A stretch of DNA of 64,000 nucleotides, taken from the NCBI RefSeq assembly GCF_009914755.1, contig NC_060939.1. One strand, written 5' to 3'. Below the pieces are notes generated by a model. The model was not told where the DNA came from. It worked only from the letters and a program-made list of their open reading frames with translations, and searched no databases. The translations under genes were made by a program, and so were the position numbers. Source of the stretch: the human T2T-CHM13v2.0 reference genome, Homo sapiens. Positions 30,697 through 44,446 of the stretch are shown here, in pieces (position 1 is the stretch's first letter; every line of letters begins with the position of its first letter).

Positions 30697-31808
30697 AGCG
30701 GTTTCCACATTTATTTGGTATTTTCCCTGATGAAGACAGAATTATACTTTATGTAATTTGAAATATATAGAAATAGAAGCTGACCCTGCACCCCTAATAT
30801 ATGTATATTTACTAACTGGCAAATTATATGCAGATACCTACTAATATGTATTATAAAACATAAAATAGAAATTTATAAAGGATGACATAAAGAGAAAATA
30901 GGCAGTTTTTAAATGTCTTACTAATTGTGATAGCTTCATATGATCATTTTACCTAACATCTCAAGGCACAATATACACTTAGGTAAGGTTTGTGATTAAC
31001 TATAATAAAAACACGCATTTCAAATAGGCTTTTTATTTATTCCACATTTCACTTGGACACAAGTGTAAGATTTGATCAAATTGTCTTTTTTAATCTCAAA
31101 GTGTGGCTAAAAAAGATCTCATACTAGGAAAACAAGAATGTCAGATCCACCATTTTCATGTGATTTGCTTGTGATTGTATTGTTAATATTAATAATACAA
31201 CTTCCAACATACGACTTCTTAGCAGGAATCTTGTAAAGCCACTTTTTCTTTTTCTTTTTTTTTTTCTTCTTCTTCTTTTTTTTTTTTTTTGAGATGGAGT
31301 TTCGCTCTTGTTGCCCAGGCTGGAGTGTAATGGTGCGATCTTGGCTCACCACAACCTCCGCCTCGCAAGTTCAAGCAATTCTCCTGCCTCAGTCTCCTGA
31401 GTAGCTGGGATTACAGGCATGCGCCACCACGCCCAGCTAATTTTGTATTTTTAGTAGAGATGGAGTTTCTCCATGTTGGTCAGGCTGGTCTCGAACTCCC
31501 AACCTCAGGTGATCCGCCTGCCTCAGCCTCCCAAAGTGCTGGAATTACAGGCGTGAGCCACCGCACCCGGCCACACTTGTTCATTTTTTGAGACTCGTTT
31601 TAGTTAAAACTCAATTGGATAATCCTTCAATCCATTTAATCAGATTAATGAAAAATGCAGTAGTCACAAAACACTGGTACCCAATGAATGAGTGCATTGT
31701 CAGATAAAAAATAAGAGAAACGGAAGTTCAATATTTTCTTCCTGCACCCAGTGGGTTGATTGCCTTGGGCACTTCTTTGTGTGTTAGCTCTTCCCTTTGG
31801 AAAACAGT
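30697..31808. mobile_element. Probable hAT-Charlie DNA transposon relic, with internal Alu
   Basis: Charlie-like terminal sequences cagcggtttcca and tttggaaaacag; AT-rich interior. Confidence 0.45.
31243..31572 (-). mobile_element. AluSp/Sq
   Basis: Alu dimer with long T-rich tail. Confidence 0.9.
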
Positions 31809-32424
31809 CCCCAACATGGTCTGCAGCATGTCCTCACAGGTCTCACTGCTTCATTCTTGCCCCTACATATTCAATTTTCCACCTAGTAGCCAGAGCGCTC
31901 TTCTCCAAACACAAATCATATCAAGTCCCTCCCGTCCTCAAAACCTTCCCCTGGCTTCCTAACATTCTCAGTAGAATATCCAAGCTACCTCTGTGGTCTC
32001 CAGAGCCTCTCACTGGCCCCACTGCCTCCCTGGCCTTTCTCTCATCCCACCACCTGCTCACCACCACCCAGCCCCACTGCCCCACTGCCCTCCTTCCATT
32101 CCTCAAACTCTCTATGTTCCTTCCTGTCTGGGTGTTTCAAAGATGCCCCAATCACTTTTCCTCCCTGCTCTTTCCTGTCCCTATCTCACCCGCCATTGTT
32201 AAACTCCTGCTTACCCCTAAAATCTCAGTTTAAATCTCACTGCGTTAGGTTGTTGCTTATCCCTTAACACCTCAAGGCACAATATACATTTCAGTAAGGT
32301 TTGTGATGCAATATGTCACAAAATGCAATATGTGAATACATTAAAGTTTAAACAAAAATCTTAACCAGCTCACCCATTGTAGTCCCTTATCCTATGCTTC
32401 ACTTTCCCCTTAAAATTCTTTTCA

Positions 32425-32765
<341 letters not shown>

Positions 32766-32907
32766 TTATGTTCATCTGTATTATTATCTGTCTAATGTCT
32801 GATCCCCTACCTATTAGACTGGAAATTCCATTAGGGCAGGAATGGTGCCTGGTATATAGTAAGTGTTGTTGGATGAGTGAAATGAATGACTGGCATAAGG
32901 ATGAAAG

Positions 32908-33652
<745 letters not shown>

Positions 33653-34112
33653 AAAGAGAAAATTGTTGTACATGAGGCAGTAATTGCTGAGGACTTTGAT
33701 TGGAGAAGCCAAGGCACATAAAGGAAGTTGTAGCCAAAGCATATAAAGGAAGTTGTTCTGTTTCCAGGTGGAAACAGAATTACTTAGCAAGCAGAATTCA
33801 ATGGTGTGGAGTATTGGATCAATCTCCCTAAACACATATTCAGGTAACCGACCTTCATTTTTTGTCCCCTTCTTCTTTCCAAATACCATATTCCACTGAT
33901 CCTAGAGGCACATCTCACATCTCTGAAATCAGCCTGTTCACTGGTGTCCAGCAAGAGGAAGTGTAAAAAAGTTTCAAAAAAAATCACATGGAGAGACCAT
34001 CACAGACAACTTCCGGTACACAATATTATATTAACAGTTTAAAAATATGCATATAAATGCATTTCTATCTATATATAACTTCTATCTATGATTATCTATC
34101 TATATATAATTC

Positions 34113-34261
34113 CTTTTTTTTTTGTTTTTTTTTTTTTTTTTTTAGTAGAGACAGGGTTTCACTGTGTTAGCCAGGATGGTCTCGATCTCCTGACCTGGTG
34201 ATTCGCCCGCCTCGGCCTCCCAAAGTGCTGGGATTACAGGCGTGAGCCACCGTGCCCGGCC
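34113..34261 (-). mobile_element. Left-arm-only AluY-type element
   Basis: TSD tatctatatataattc; T tract directly abuts left arm. Confidence 0.85.
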
Positions 34262-34456
34262 TATCTATATATAATTCTATGTATTCTATCTATATAGCGA
34301 TATATAATTTCTATCTGTAATGCAAATCTACATGTGATTTCTATCTATATATACATGTAGATAGAAAATTTAGGGAATTCACTGCAGGTGCTGCTTGCAG
34401 TCCACTTTTAAAACCTAACATTACATAATAAAACACTATTTTAAGAAGCTGCACTA

Positions 34457-34771
<315 letters not shown>

Positions 34772-35089
34772 AGCTGCACGATGCTCCCCTTGGGCGTGTA
34801 CCATACCTTATTTAACCATTCCCAAACTGTTTCCATTTTTTCTGATGTTAAATAAACTCTAAGATGTACAGACGTCTTTTATCTGGCTCTCCGATTACCT
34901 TCTGCAGATAAACTCCTAGAAGTTACTGGGGCAAAGGGAGTGAACCTTTAATTTTTAATAAAATTTTTTAAATTACAGAAAAAGCCGTAGTCGTCAGATT
35001 CTACTTCCTAGGCGGTCCACAGGGATTTCAACAAGTTCGATTCAAACCATCCCAAATTCCCTCCCGGCACTAAGTTTTCCTCGGTCTTG

Positions 35090-35535
35090 GGAAACGTGGC
35101 CCCGCAGTCCGCACTCACGACTGCGCACAAACGCTGGCCTCTTTCCAATGGCGAAACTTCTCGACACGCCCCCGAGGCACCACCTCTTTAAAATTTAAAA
35201 CGAAGGCCCAGGCCAATGAATGCTAAGCTTCTCTCGGACCACAGAGACCCGCCCACCGTCACTCCCTCCACCAATCAGACTGAAGTTTTCTCCACTGCCC
35301 CTCCAATCACCGCCAAAAATGGAAGTTGCTCTCGTAACTTACGTAAGGCAAGCAGCCAATAGGAGCAAACCTTGGAAACTAGCTCCCCCAATAGCAGCAG
35401 TTCCTGGAGAGCGCGGGAGCCTTTCGACCAGGGTCCCAAAGGAAAGCAGTGAGTGGTGCTGTTTCCCTGAAGGAAGGGACTAAGGGACGGTGGCGCGGGC
35501 CCGGACCGGGGCCCCGGGGCGGCGGCACGGCCGAT
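35090..35535 (+). promoter_or_regulatory. TICRR core promoter: six CCAAT boxes (35145, 35213, 35271, 35303, 35356, 35388), GC boxes, E2F-like (35311, 35411), CHR-like TTTAAA (35187, 35194), TTACGTAA (35339)
   Basis: Motifs read directly from sequence; NF-Y/E2F/CHR architecture is typical of cell-cycle gene promoters; no TATA box. Confidence 0.8.
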
Positions 35536-36189
35536 ATGGCATGCTGTCACAAAGTAATGCTGCTGCTGGACACCGCGGGCGGCGCCGCCCGCCACAGCCG
35601 GGTCCGGCGGGCCGCCCTGCGCCTCCTCACCTATCTGAGTTGCCGATTCGGCCTGGCCAGGGTCCACTGGGCCTTCAAGTTCTTTGACTCGCAGGGGGCG
35701 CGGAGCCGGCCGTCCCGCGTGTCTGACTTCCGCGAGCTGGGGTCCCGCTCGTGGGAGGACTTTGAGGAGGAGCTGGAGGCCAGGCTCGAGGATCGCGCCC
35801 ACCTGCCCGGCCCGGCGCCCAGGGCCACCCACACGCACGGCGCCCTGATGGAGACGCTGCTAGACTACCAGTGGGACCGGCCCGAGATCACGTCGCCCAC
35901 GAAGCCGATCCTGCGGAGCAGCGGGAGGAGACTGCTGGACGTGGAGAGCGAGGCCAAGGAGGCCGAGGCCGCGCTCGGGGGCTTGGTGAACGCCGTCTTC
36001 CTCCTGGCCCCCTGTCCGCACTCGCAGAGGGAGCTGCTGCAGTTCGTGTCTGGGTGCGAGGCCCAGGCCCAGCGCCTGCCGCCCACCCCTAAGCAGGTGA
36101 TGGAGAAGTTGTTGCCCAAGAGAGTCCGGGAAGTCATGGTCGCCCGAAAAATCACCTTCTACTGGGTGGATACCACCGAATGGTCTAAG
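35536..36189 (+). CDS. TICRR: TICRR coding exon 1 (aa 1-218; N-terminal CIT region)
   Basis: ATG in strong Kozak context (gatATGg); MACCHKV...TTEWSK; donor AAG|GTAAGG at 36190; lies in CpG island. Confidence 0.97.
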
Positions 36190-36749
36190 GTAAGGAAGGT
36201 TACTGTCGTCTCAGATGGCGTGCACGGTGCTTTCCTTGCTAACCAGAACTTGGCAGCGTCCTTAGAACAGCCACAGACCCCGAATGAGACTAATATGACT
36301 ATGCGTCCCTTCGGAAGGAAACAAATAAATACGAACAGTTTTCACAACAAAATGGGTAGTTCCTCACTACCTACTGTTTAAGACCCCTCACAATTTGGGC
36401 CCTACCTGCCTTCCCAGACTTGATTTTCCTACACACTACATCTACTCTAGCATATTGAAGTCCAGTCCAGAAAATCAACAGGTCTGGACTGCTTGTTTTG
36501 TGTTATGTGTGTTGTTCAATCTGCCTGGAATGCCAGTTCTCACTCTTCCAGGCCAGTCTTAACTTCACTTACCCTTTAAGGCTTCTTCTCCCAGTGACAA
36601 CTGCTCAGTCCAGCGTCTGAATTGCCATACACATTTTGTGTGGCACTTAACCATTTCTCCATATGTTTTGATTATGCACATCTCTCACCCTCCATCTAGT
36701 CTAAAAATACCTCAGAGGCAAGCAGCAGGTTTTAACACAATACCCAGGG

Positions 36750-36802
<53 letters not shown>

Positions 36803-36838
36803 TATATATACACATTTATTTATATACATATATATATT
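36750..36838. repeat. Compound (TG)(TA)(CA) microsatellite
   Basis: Visible dinucleotide runs. Confidence 0.85.
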
Positions 36839-36844
36839 TATTTA

Positions 36845-37120
36845 TTATTATTTTTTGAGACAGTGTATGTCGCCCAGGCTGGAATGCAGTGGCTCACTGC
36901 AACCTCCACCCCTCCGGGTTCAAGCGATTCTCATGCCTCAGCCTCCCAAGTAGCTGAGACTACAGGCCCACGCCACCATGCCTGGCTAATTTTTTTGTAT
37001 TTTCAGTGGAGACCAGGTTCCATGCTGCCCAGGCTGGTCTCAAACTCTGGCCTCAGGCAATCCGCCTGCCTTGGCCTCCCGAAGTGCCAGGATTATAGGT
37101 GTGAGCCACCACGCCCAGCC
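36845..37120 (-). mobile_element. AluS
   Basis: Alu dimer. Confidence 0.85.
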
Positions 37121-37406
37121 ACCCAGATGTGTATTAAACGTTGTAGGTGTTCAGTCAGTATTGGCTGACTAAATGAGTACATTCTTGCAAACTTAAAGTC
37201 TTAAATGGCTAATTTGGATTTTTGCTGAGGCGGTGAGGCCCCCTGCTCCTGTTAAGTGCTAGGATAAGTATATACTTTTGCCTTCATCCTTCTCATTGCA
37301 CTTCATTTAGTCAACAAATGTTCATTGAGAAGCCAGTAACATCTGAGTGCCTACCACACTGTTTGAGCTGCTGGGGACATGGTAACCAAAGCAGGGAACA
37401 GATTAA

Positions 37407-37827
<421 letters not shown>

Positions 37828-39186
37828 AGGGAAGGCCTTTTTGAGCAGAGAATTGAATGGTGAAGGAGGAGGAACTCAAAGGTAGGTAAAGAACATTCCA
37901 GGTGAGGAGACAAGCAGGTGTAAGGATTTCAGCTGGAAATGAACTTAGTTTGTTTCAGAAACAAAAAGGCAAGGAGTGCTGAGACCTAGTAGGCAAGGGG
38001 AGCAGTGTGAGAGAAAGTCAGAAAGCAGGAGAGGCCGATCTGTAGGGCCAAGGTCAAAAATGTGGATTTTGTTCTAATTAATTAATGGGAAGGCTTTGGA
38101 ATGTGGTTTAACCAAGTGAAAGATGTGATTCCACTTAATGGAAATACATGTCACTAACCCAGGAGTGAGTTAAATTGCAAGATTACAGATGGAAAATGAG
38201 CAAGCATTTAAATAATAATATGGTATGTTAAAATTTTCAAAGTGCTTTCACATGCGAAGCCCAAAAAAGGCGTGGCAAATGCAAAATAAGGCAGCAGTGG
38301 TTTGTCAAGAAAAGGAAGGGACAAAAAGTGTTTAAGGGGATGGTAAACATTTGATGGGGAAAATGAAATCCTAGATATATTAAAATTTAAGGCAGCCAGT
38401 CAAGCCTTAGACACAGTATACAACACATTGCTCAGCTGGAAACAATTGATATCACATCAAAGACTTTCTTCTGGAATTTTATTATGTTAAATACTGGCTA
38501 GAAATAAGTTAGATGGGGCTTGATGGATCTTGGAGATTCTTTGTCTCTCTTTTTTTCTCTTTAATCTCTCTCTCTCTTTTTTTTTTTGAATAGCATTGAA
38601 ATAAGTGGGTTGACTGGATCTTTTTAAAGATCCCTTCCAGGTCTGATGTACCGTCGACTGAGGGGATGGGTCATCTCTGAGGCTTCCCTTCTTACATCGG
38701 CTGTATCCCCTAAGAAAATGCCCATCAGATACTCAAGTTTTTCTGGAATTTTCTTCTGCTGAAGATCTATCATTTTCTATTCAAAAACCTGCCCAGCCAT
38801 GCTGGGCAAAAGGAAGGTTTGGGCTGTGTCCTTGGGGAGTGCTCTGTCCAGGAGCAGGGAGAAGGGAGGAAGAGAAAATCCAGGTCCTGCCTTGGGGAGC
38901 GTGCAGTCTGGGAAGTAGAACTGGGAGAAACAGAACCTGCACTTACATTGGAGGCAGAGGGATCCAAGCGCATAAAACAGGATATCATATTTGCAAAGAT
39001 ATAGGACAGAATGGAGGATAAGAGACCTCTGACACATTTTCAACTTTATGCCTTAGATTTATTCAATACATATTTGTTCCATACCTGCCAGGTATGCTAA
39101 GGAATCAAATAGATGTGGTCCCTGCCCTCTTGGAGCTTATAGTCTAGTGGACATTTACAGATCCCCAAATTTGAAACTACCACTAG

Positions 39187-39543
<357 letters not shown>

Positions 39544-39569
39544 TGTTATTTTTTTTTAATCACATGTTT

Positions 39570-39875
39570 TGCTATGGTTTGAATATTTGTCCCCTCCAAA
39601 ACTCATGGAGTAATGGGTGTCATGGGAGTGGGATTGGTGGCTTTATAAAAAGAGGAAGAAAGTGTTGAGCTCACTTGCTGAGCCTCATCGCCCTGCTTTG
39701 CCCTGTGCTGCCTTGGGACTCTGCAGAGTCCCCACCAGCAAGAAGGCCTTTGCAAAGTACAACCCCCTGGCCTTGGACTTCTCAGCCTCCATAACTGTAA
39801 GAAATACATTCCTTTTCTTTATAAATTACCCAGTTTCAGCTATTCTGTTGTAAGCAACATTAAGCAGACTACGCC
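39570..39875 (+). mobile_element. MST-family MaLR LTR
   Basis: tgctatggtttgaatatttgtcccctccaaaactcatg...ataaattacccagtttcag. Confidence 0.75.
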
Positions 39876-39951
39876 ATGCACACATTACCTTTAATAGAAA
39901 TTTAAGGTCCTTTTCAACACTTATTAAAGTTACATCTTCCCACCCACCTCC

Positions 39952-40242
<291 letters not shown>

Positions 40243-40668
40243 TAAAGTTACATCTTAACCTTTCATTTTATTAACAGGGTTTTTTTGTTTGTTTTCCTGG
40301 CTGGTCTTCTGGCTGAAACAATTTCAACAAAATTTTTGTGTCCATTTGGCAGAAAATCCTAATCAGGATCTATGGCGTCTGAACTAGGTTACCATTCTCT
40401 CCATAGCAGTGAACACAGATATAGATACATGGGTGGTAACATCACATACTAATTAATTGGTTAATCTAATACAGCATTTTCCAGATTGATATTCATGACT
40501 GAAAAGTTTAGATAGATTAGAAGATAATGTGCTCCAATACATTGTTTATCTTCATTACATGGGATCTTTTTTTTGTTTGTTTTTAATGCTGATCATAAAC
40601 CACTCAATCCATCAGAGAATCTATCAAAGTCCGTCAGATGGTCATGATCCGAATTTTAAAAGCAGTCT

Positions 40669-40970
40669 AGGCCAGGCTTAGTGGCTTATACCTGTAACCC
40701 CAGCTTTGGAAGGCTGAGACAGGAGGATCTCTTGCACCCAGGAGTTTGAGACCAACCTGGGCAACATGGTGAGACCCCATCTCTACAAAAAATACAAAAG
40801 TTAGCCAGGTGTGGTGGCACATGCCTGTACTCCCAGCTACTTACTCAGGAGGCTGGGGCGAGAGGATTGCTTGAGTCCAGAAAGTTAAGGCTGCAGTGAG
40901 CCATGTTCATACCACTGCACTCCAGCCTGGGCAACAGAGCAAGATCCTGTCTCAAAAAATAAAAATAAAT
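40669..40970 (+). mobile_element. AluJ
   Basis: TSD aaagcagtcta. Confidence 0.85.
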
Positions 40971-41959
40971 GAAAGCAGTCTATTCAGAACAGTCCTGGGT
41001 TCTTGGACTTGTCTATCATTGCCTTGCTGGGACCATGGACGATTCCCTGCTTGTCTTTGAACTTGACTACAATGGGAAGTTTGGGAATGACCTAGTTGAC
41101 TTTCGAGACCCTTCTAGTTCTGATTCCTAACATTCACATAGCAATTATAATTTATAATTGTTACCCGGCATGATGAGCATATTCTAAGGGGTGTGCTCCT
41201 TCATATTCCCATAGTAGCTGAATATTGTTGTTATACTGTGATGCCACGTTAAACATTTTATGTTGGTACTGTTTTATTCACACCCCCCGCCCCACTTCGA
41301 GATCCTAGACATGGCACATAGAAGTTACTCAATAAAAGTTTGTTGACAGAAGGTTGACTGAAGAGTCAGCTGTGTGTGAAGGAGTGAAGCAGGGCTTTTA
41401 CAAAGAAAGCAGGATTTGAGCCAGATACAGAAGCGTAATAACCATTCAGTTGGTGAAGAAAGAAGGGGAGGCCCAGGAAATAGAAATCAGCAAAAACAGG
41501 GAAGCCTTAAAATATGGCATGTTCAGGAAATAGCAAATGGTTCAATATGCCTAGAAGGAGTGGGGGTGGATGAGGGGTAGAAGATAATGTGTTCCAAAAG
41601 GTGGTTTAGGGTTGGCTTGTGAAGGGCTTTGTGATTATGCTGAAGAGTTACTTTATTCTGGAGGCAGTGGGAAGCCTTTCAGAATTTCAGAGAAGTAGCG
41701 TGACCAGAGAAGTGATTTGGAAGAATACTTAGAGCACCATGGAGGAACGATTAGAGGCAGAGCACAGACTTTACAGGCTATGGTAACAGTTAGGGCAAAA
41801 GATGCCACGAGGCCTCGGTTTGTCTCGTCTCTGCACAGGCCTGTGGGTGGGCAAGTCAGAGTGATGGTCACCGTCTGGGGGAGGTGCTCCTGCCTCACTC
41901 CCATGACACCTGGCCATTATTGTGTTGTGCTGTATAGGACATAATTATTTTTATTAATA

Positions 41960-42259
<300 letters not shown>

Positions 42260-42604
42260 GGTTATTTTTATTAATGTATAATGGTTCTATGTTCCTTCTA
42301 ACATTTTATGATCTATACCCAGTGATTTGTGTCACTTCTTTCTGTTCCTTGACAAAAAATATAAATGAGGTACTATTTTTACTAAATGAATGCTTTCTCA
42401 AAGGGATATAAGGTAGTAATTTGTTCTGGGGCTGCACAGTAGCTTGATGCTGACCATTATTTCTATTTAGCTCAGCAAATACATTGGTTGTGTAATTCGA
42501 TCCTTTAATATTGGTATCAACTTTACTTTCTCCTGATTTCCTTTACTTTTATTTGTGAATGCCTAATTTATAGTAACCTAAGGTTGTTTGTCGTTTTATT
42601 TTAG

Positions 42605-42884
42605 TTGTGGGAATCCCCAGACCACCTTGGATACTGGACTGTTTGTGAACTGCTCCACCACGGAGGTGGCACTGTCTTGCCATCTGAATCTTTCAGCTGG
42701 GATTTTGCTCAAGCTGGGGAAATGCTGCTCAGGAGTGGAATAAAGCTGTCAAGTGAACCTCATCTTTCTCCGTGGATTTCAATGCTGCCAACTGATGCCA
42801 CTTTAAACTGTTTGCTCTACAATTCTCCTGAGTATGAGGCCTCGTTTCCACGAATGGAAGGAATGTTATTTCTCCCTGTTGAAG
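42605..42884 (+). CDS. TICRR: TICRR coding exon 2
   Basis: ttttag|TTG acceptor; LWESPDHLG...FLPVE; donor AAG|GTAAGC; 280 nt, phase 0 to 1. Confidence 0.96.
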
Positions 42885-43602
42885 GTAAGCAAATAATATT
42901 TTAAGGTTTTTTTTTTTTTAAATCTCAGTTACATTAATTTCTTCAAAGAAGCTTTTAACTTCTTTGGCATTTCTCACAGCCCAGGCACTCAACGAATGCT
43001 TGTCATGAAAGAATTAAAAGACATCAAGGCAAAATCAGAGATACTGTAGGAAAGAGTTGAACTCTTAATTCAGTACAACTGCCAGCCTTTGTACAAAAAA
43101 ACAAGTGAATGATTGATTTTAAAGTTTACCAGCTGTTCCCAAAGAAGGGTAATATTATTCAGGTGCCCAAGCACATGGGTATACGATTTCATTGCCTCAT
43201 AGAGTAGATTGATAAATTGAAGACCATAGAGAAACAATGGTCGACTAAAAGAAGAAATAAATTAGTCTACAGAAACCCAGAATGATGCTTGTTACCAGGA
43301 AAAGCAAACATGTTGGAATCTTCATTACATTAGTTTCACCATATGATTTGCTATATGGTAAATCTCATTTCTGAATATATTGTATATTCACAGAAATAAT
43401 ACTTTATAGAGATATGTACATAAAACTGTTGTACATTATGTGCAGTTTAAGGAATTTTCAAGAGTAGTTTTGTTTATATAATTTCATTACACAGTCTTTA
43501 GAATTTAACCTCCTCATAAGATATGATGCACTGTACTTTATGGATTTAAGAAGTGGTGTCTTCTTTCTTATAAGTAGTAAACATTGCTTGAATACTTACT
43601 TC

Positions 43603-43906
43603 TTTTTTTTTTGAGACAAGGTCTTGCTTTGTCACCCAGGCTGGAGTGCAGTGGTACGATCATAGCTCAGATCGCAGCTCACTGAGCCTCGACTTCCTGG
43701 GCTCAAGGGATCCTCCCACCTCAGTCTCCCAAGTAGCTGGGACTAAAGGCATGAGCCACCACACCTGGCTCATTTTTGTATTTTTTGTAGAGATGGGGTT
43801 TTGCCTTGATGCCCAGGCTGGTCTTCAACTCATGGACCTCAAGTGATCCTCTGGCCTTGGCCTCCCAAAGTGCTGAGATTGCAGGCATGAGCCACCGTGC
43901 CTGGCC
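43603..43906 (-). mobile_element. AluJ
   Basis: TSD aatactta. Confidence 0.85.
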
Positions 43907-44204
43907 TTCAATACTTATACTTATTTCTAAGTCATAATTTCTGAGAAGTTCTGCCATCACATATTGCCTTTGTAACTCCATTTGTTTATAGCTTTTTCTA
44001 TAGAGCTAAATGAACTTGCTATGATGACTTGGCAGTAGAATAAGTGTTGAAGTGTTCAACTAAGTGACAGTATCTCAATTGACAACTTGATTATTTTCTT
44101 ATTGTTATTAAATCTCTTTTTAGTATCTATTCCTTATATTGGAATTTTAATCTTTTTTTAAAATTTTAATTTGGCATCCTGGTCTAATTAATCTTTATTT
44201 CTAG

Positions 44205-44446
44205 CAGGCAAAGAGATTCAAGAAACATGGACAGTCACCCTAGAGCCCTTGGCCATGCATCAGAGACATTTTCAGAAACCAGTCAGAATTTTTCTAAAAG
44301 GCTCAGTGGCCCAGTGGTCTCTCCCAACGAGCAGCACTTTGGGCACTGACAGCTGGATGCTAGGAAGTCCAGAGGAGAGCACAGCAACTCAAAGGCTGTT
44401 ATTTCAGCAGTTGGTAAGCAGGCTGACTGCTGAAGAGTTACACCTG
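44205..44446 (+). CDS. TICRR: TICRR coding exon 3 (alternative start 44208 via NAGNAG)
   Basis: acceptor ttcTAGCAG; (A)GKEIQETW...EELHL; donor CTG|GTAGGT; 242 nt. Confidence 0.94.

Larger units (their letters stand above)
35060..36310. promoter_or_regulatory. CpG island over TICRR promoter and exon 1
   Basis: Dense CpG and high GC compared with CpG-depleted flanks. Confidence 0.9.

Noticed and set aside
34040-34370. Repeated tctatctata units resembling a spaced array
   Set aside because: Low-complexity AT-rich microsatellite decay; irregular, not CRISPR-like, and the context is eukaryotic.
35275-36155. Antisense and alternative-frame ORFs overlapping TICRR exon 1 (for example 187 aa on the minus strand)
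   Set aside because: Expected by-product of GC-rich coding sequence; no recognisable homology.
36190-36381. Exon 1 reading frame continuing 63 codons into intron 1 (310-aa ORF in the track)
   Set aside because: There is a strong donor at 36190, and exon 2 continues the known protein. The read-through shows no coding signature.
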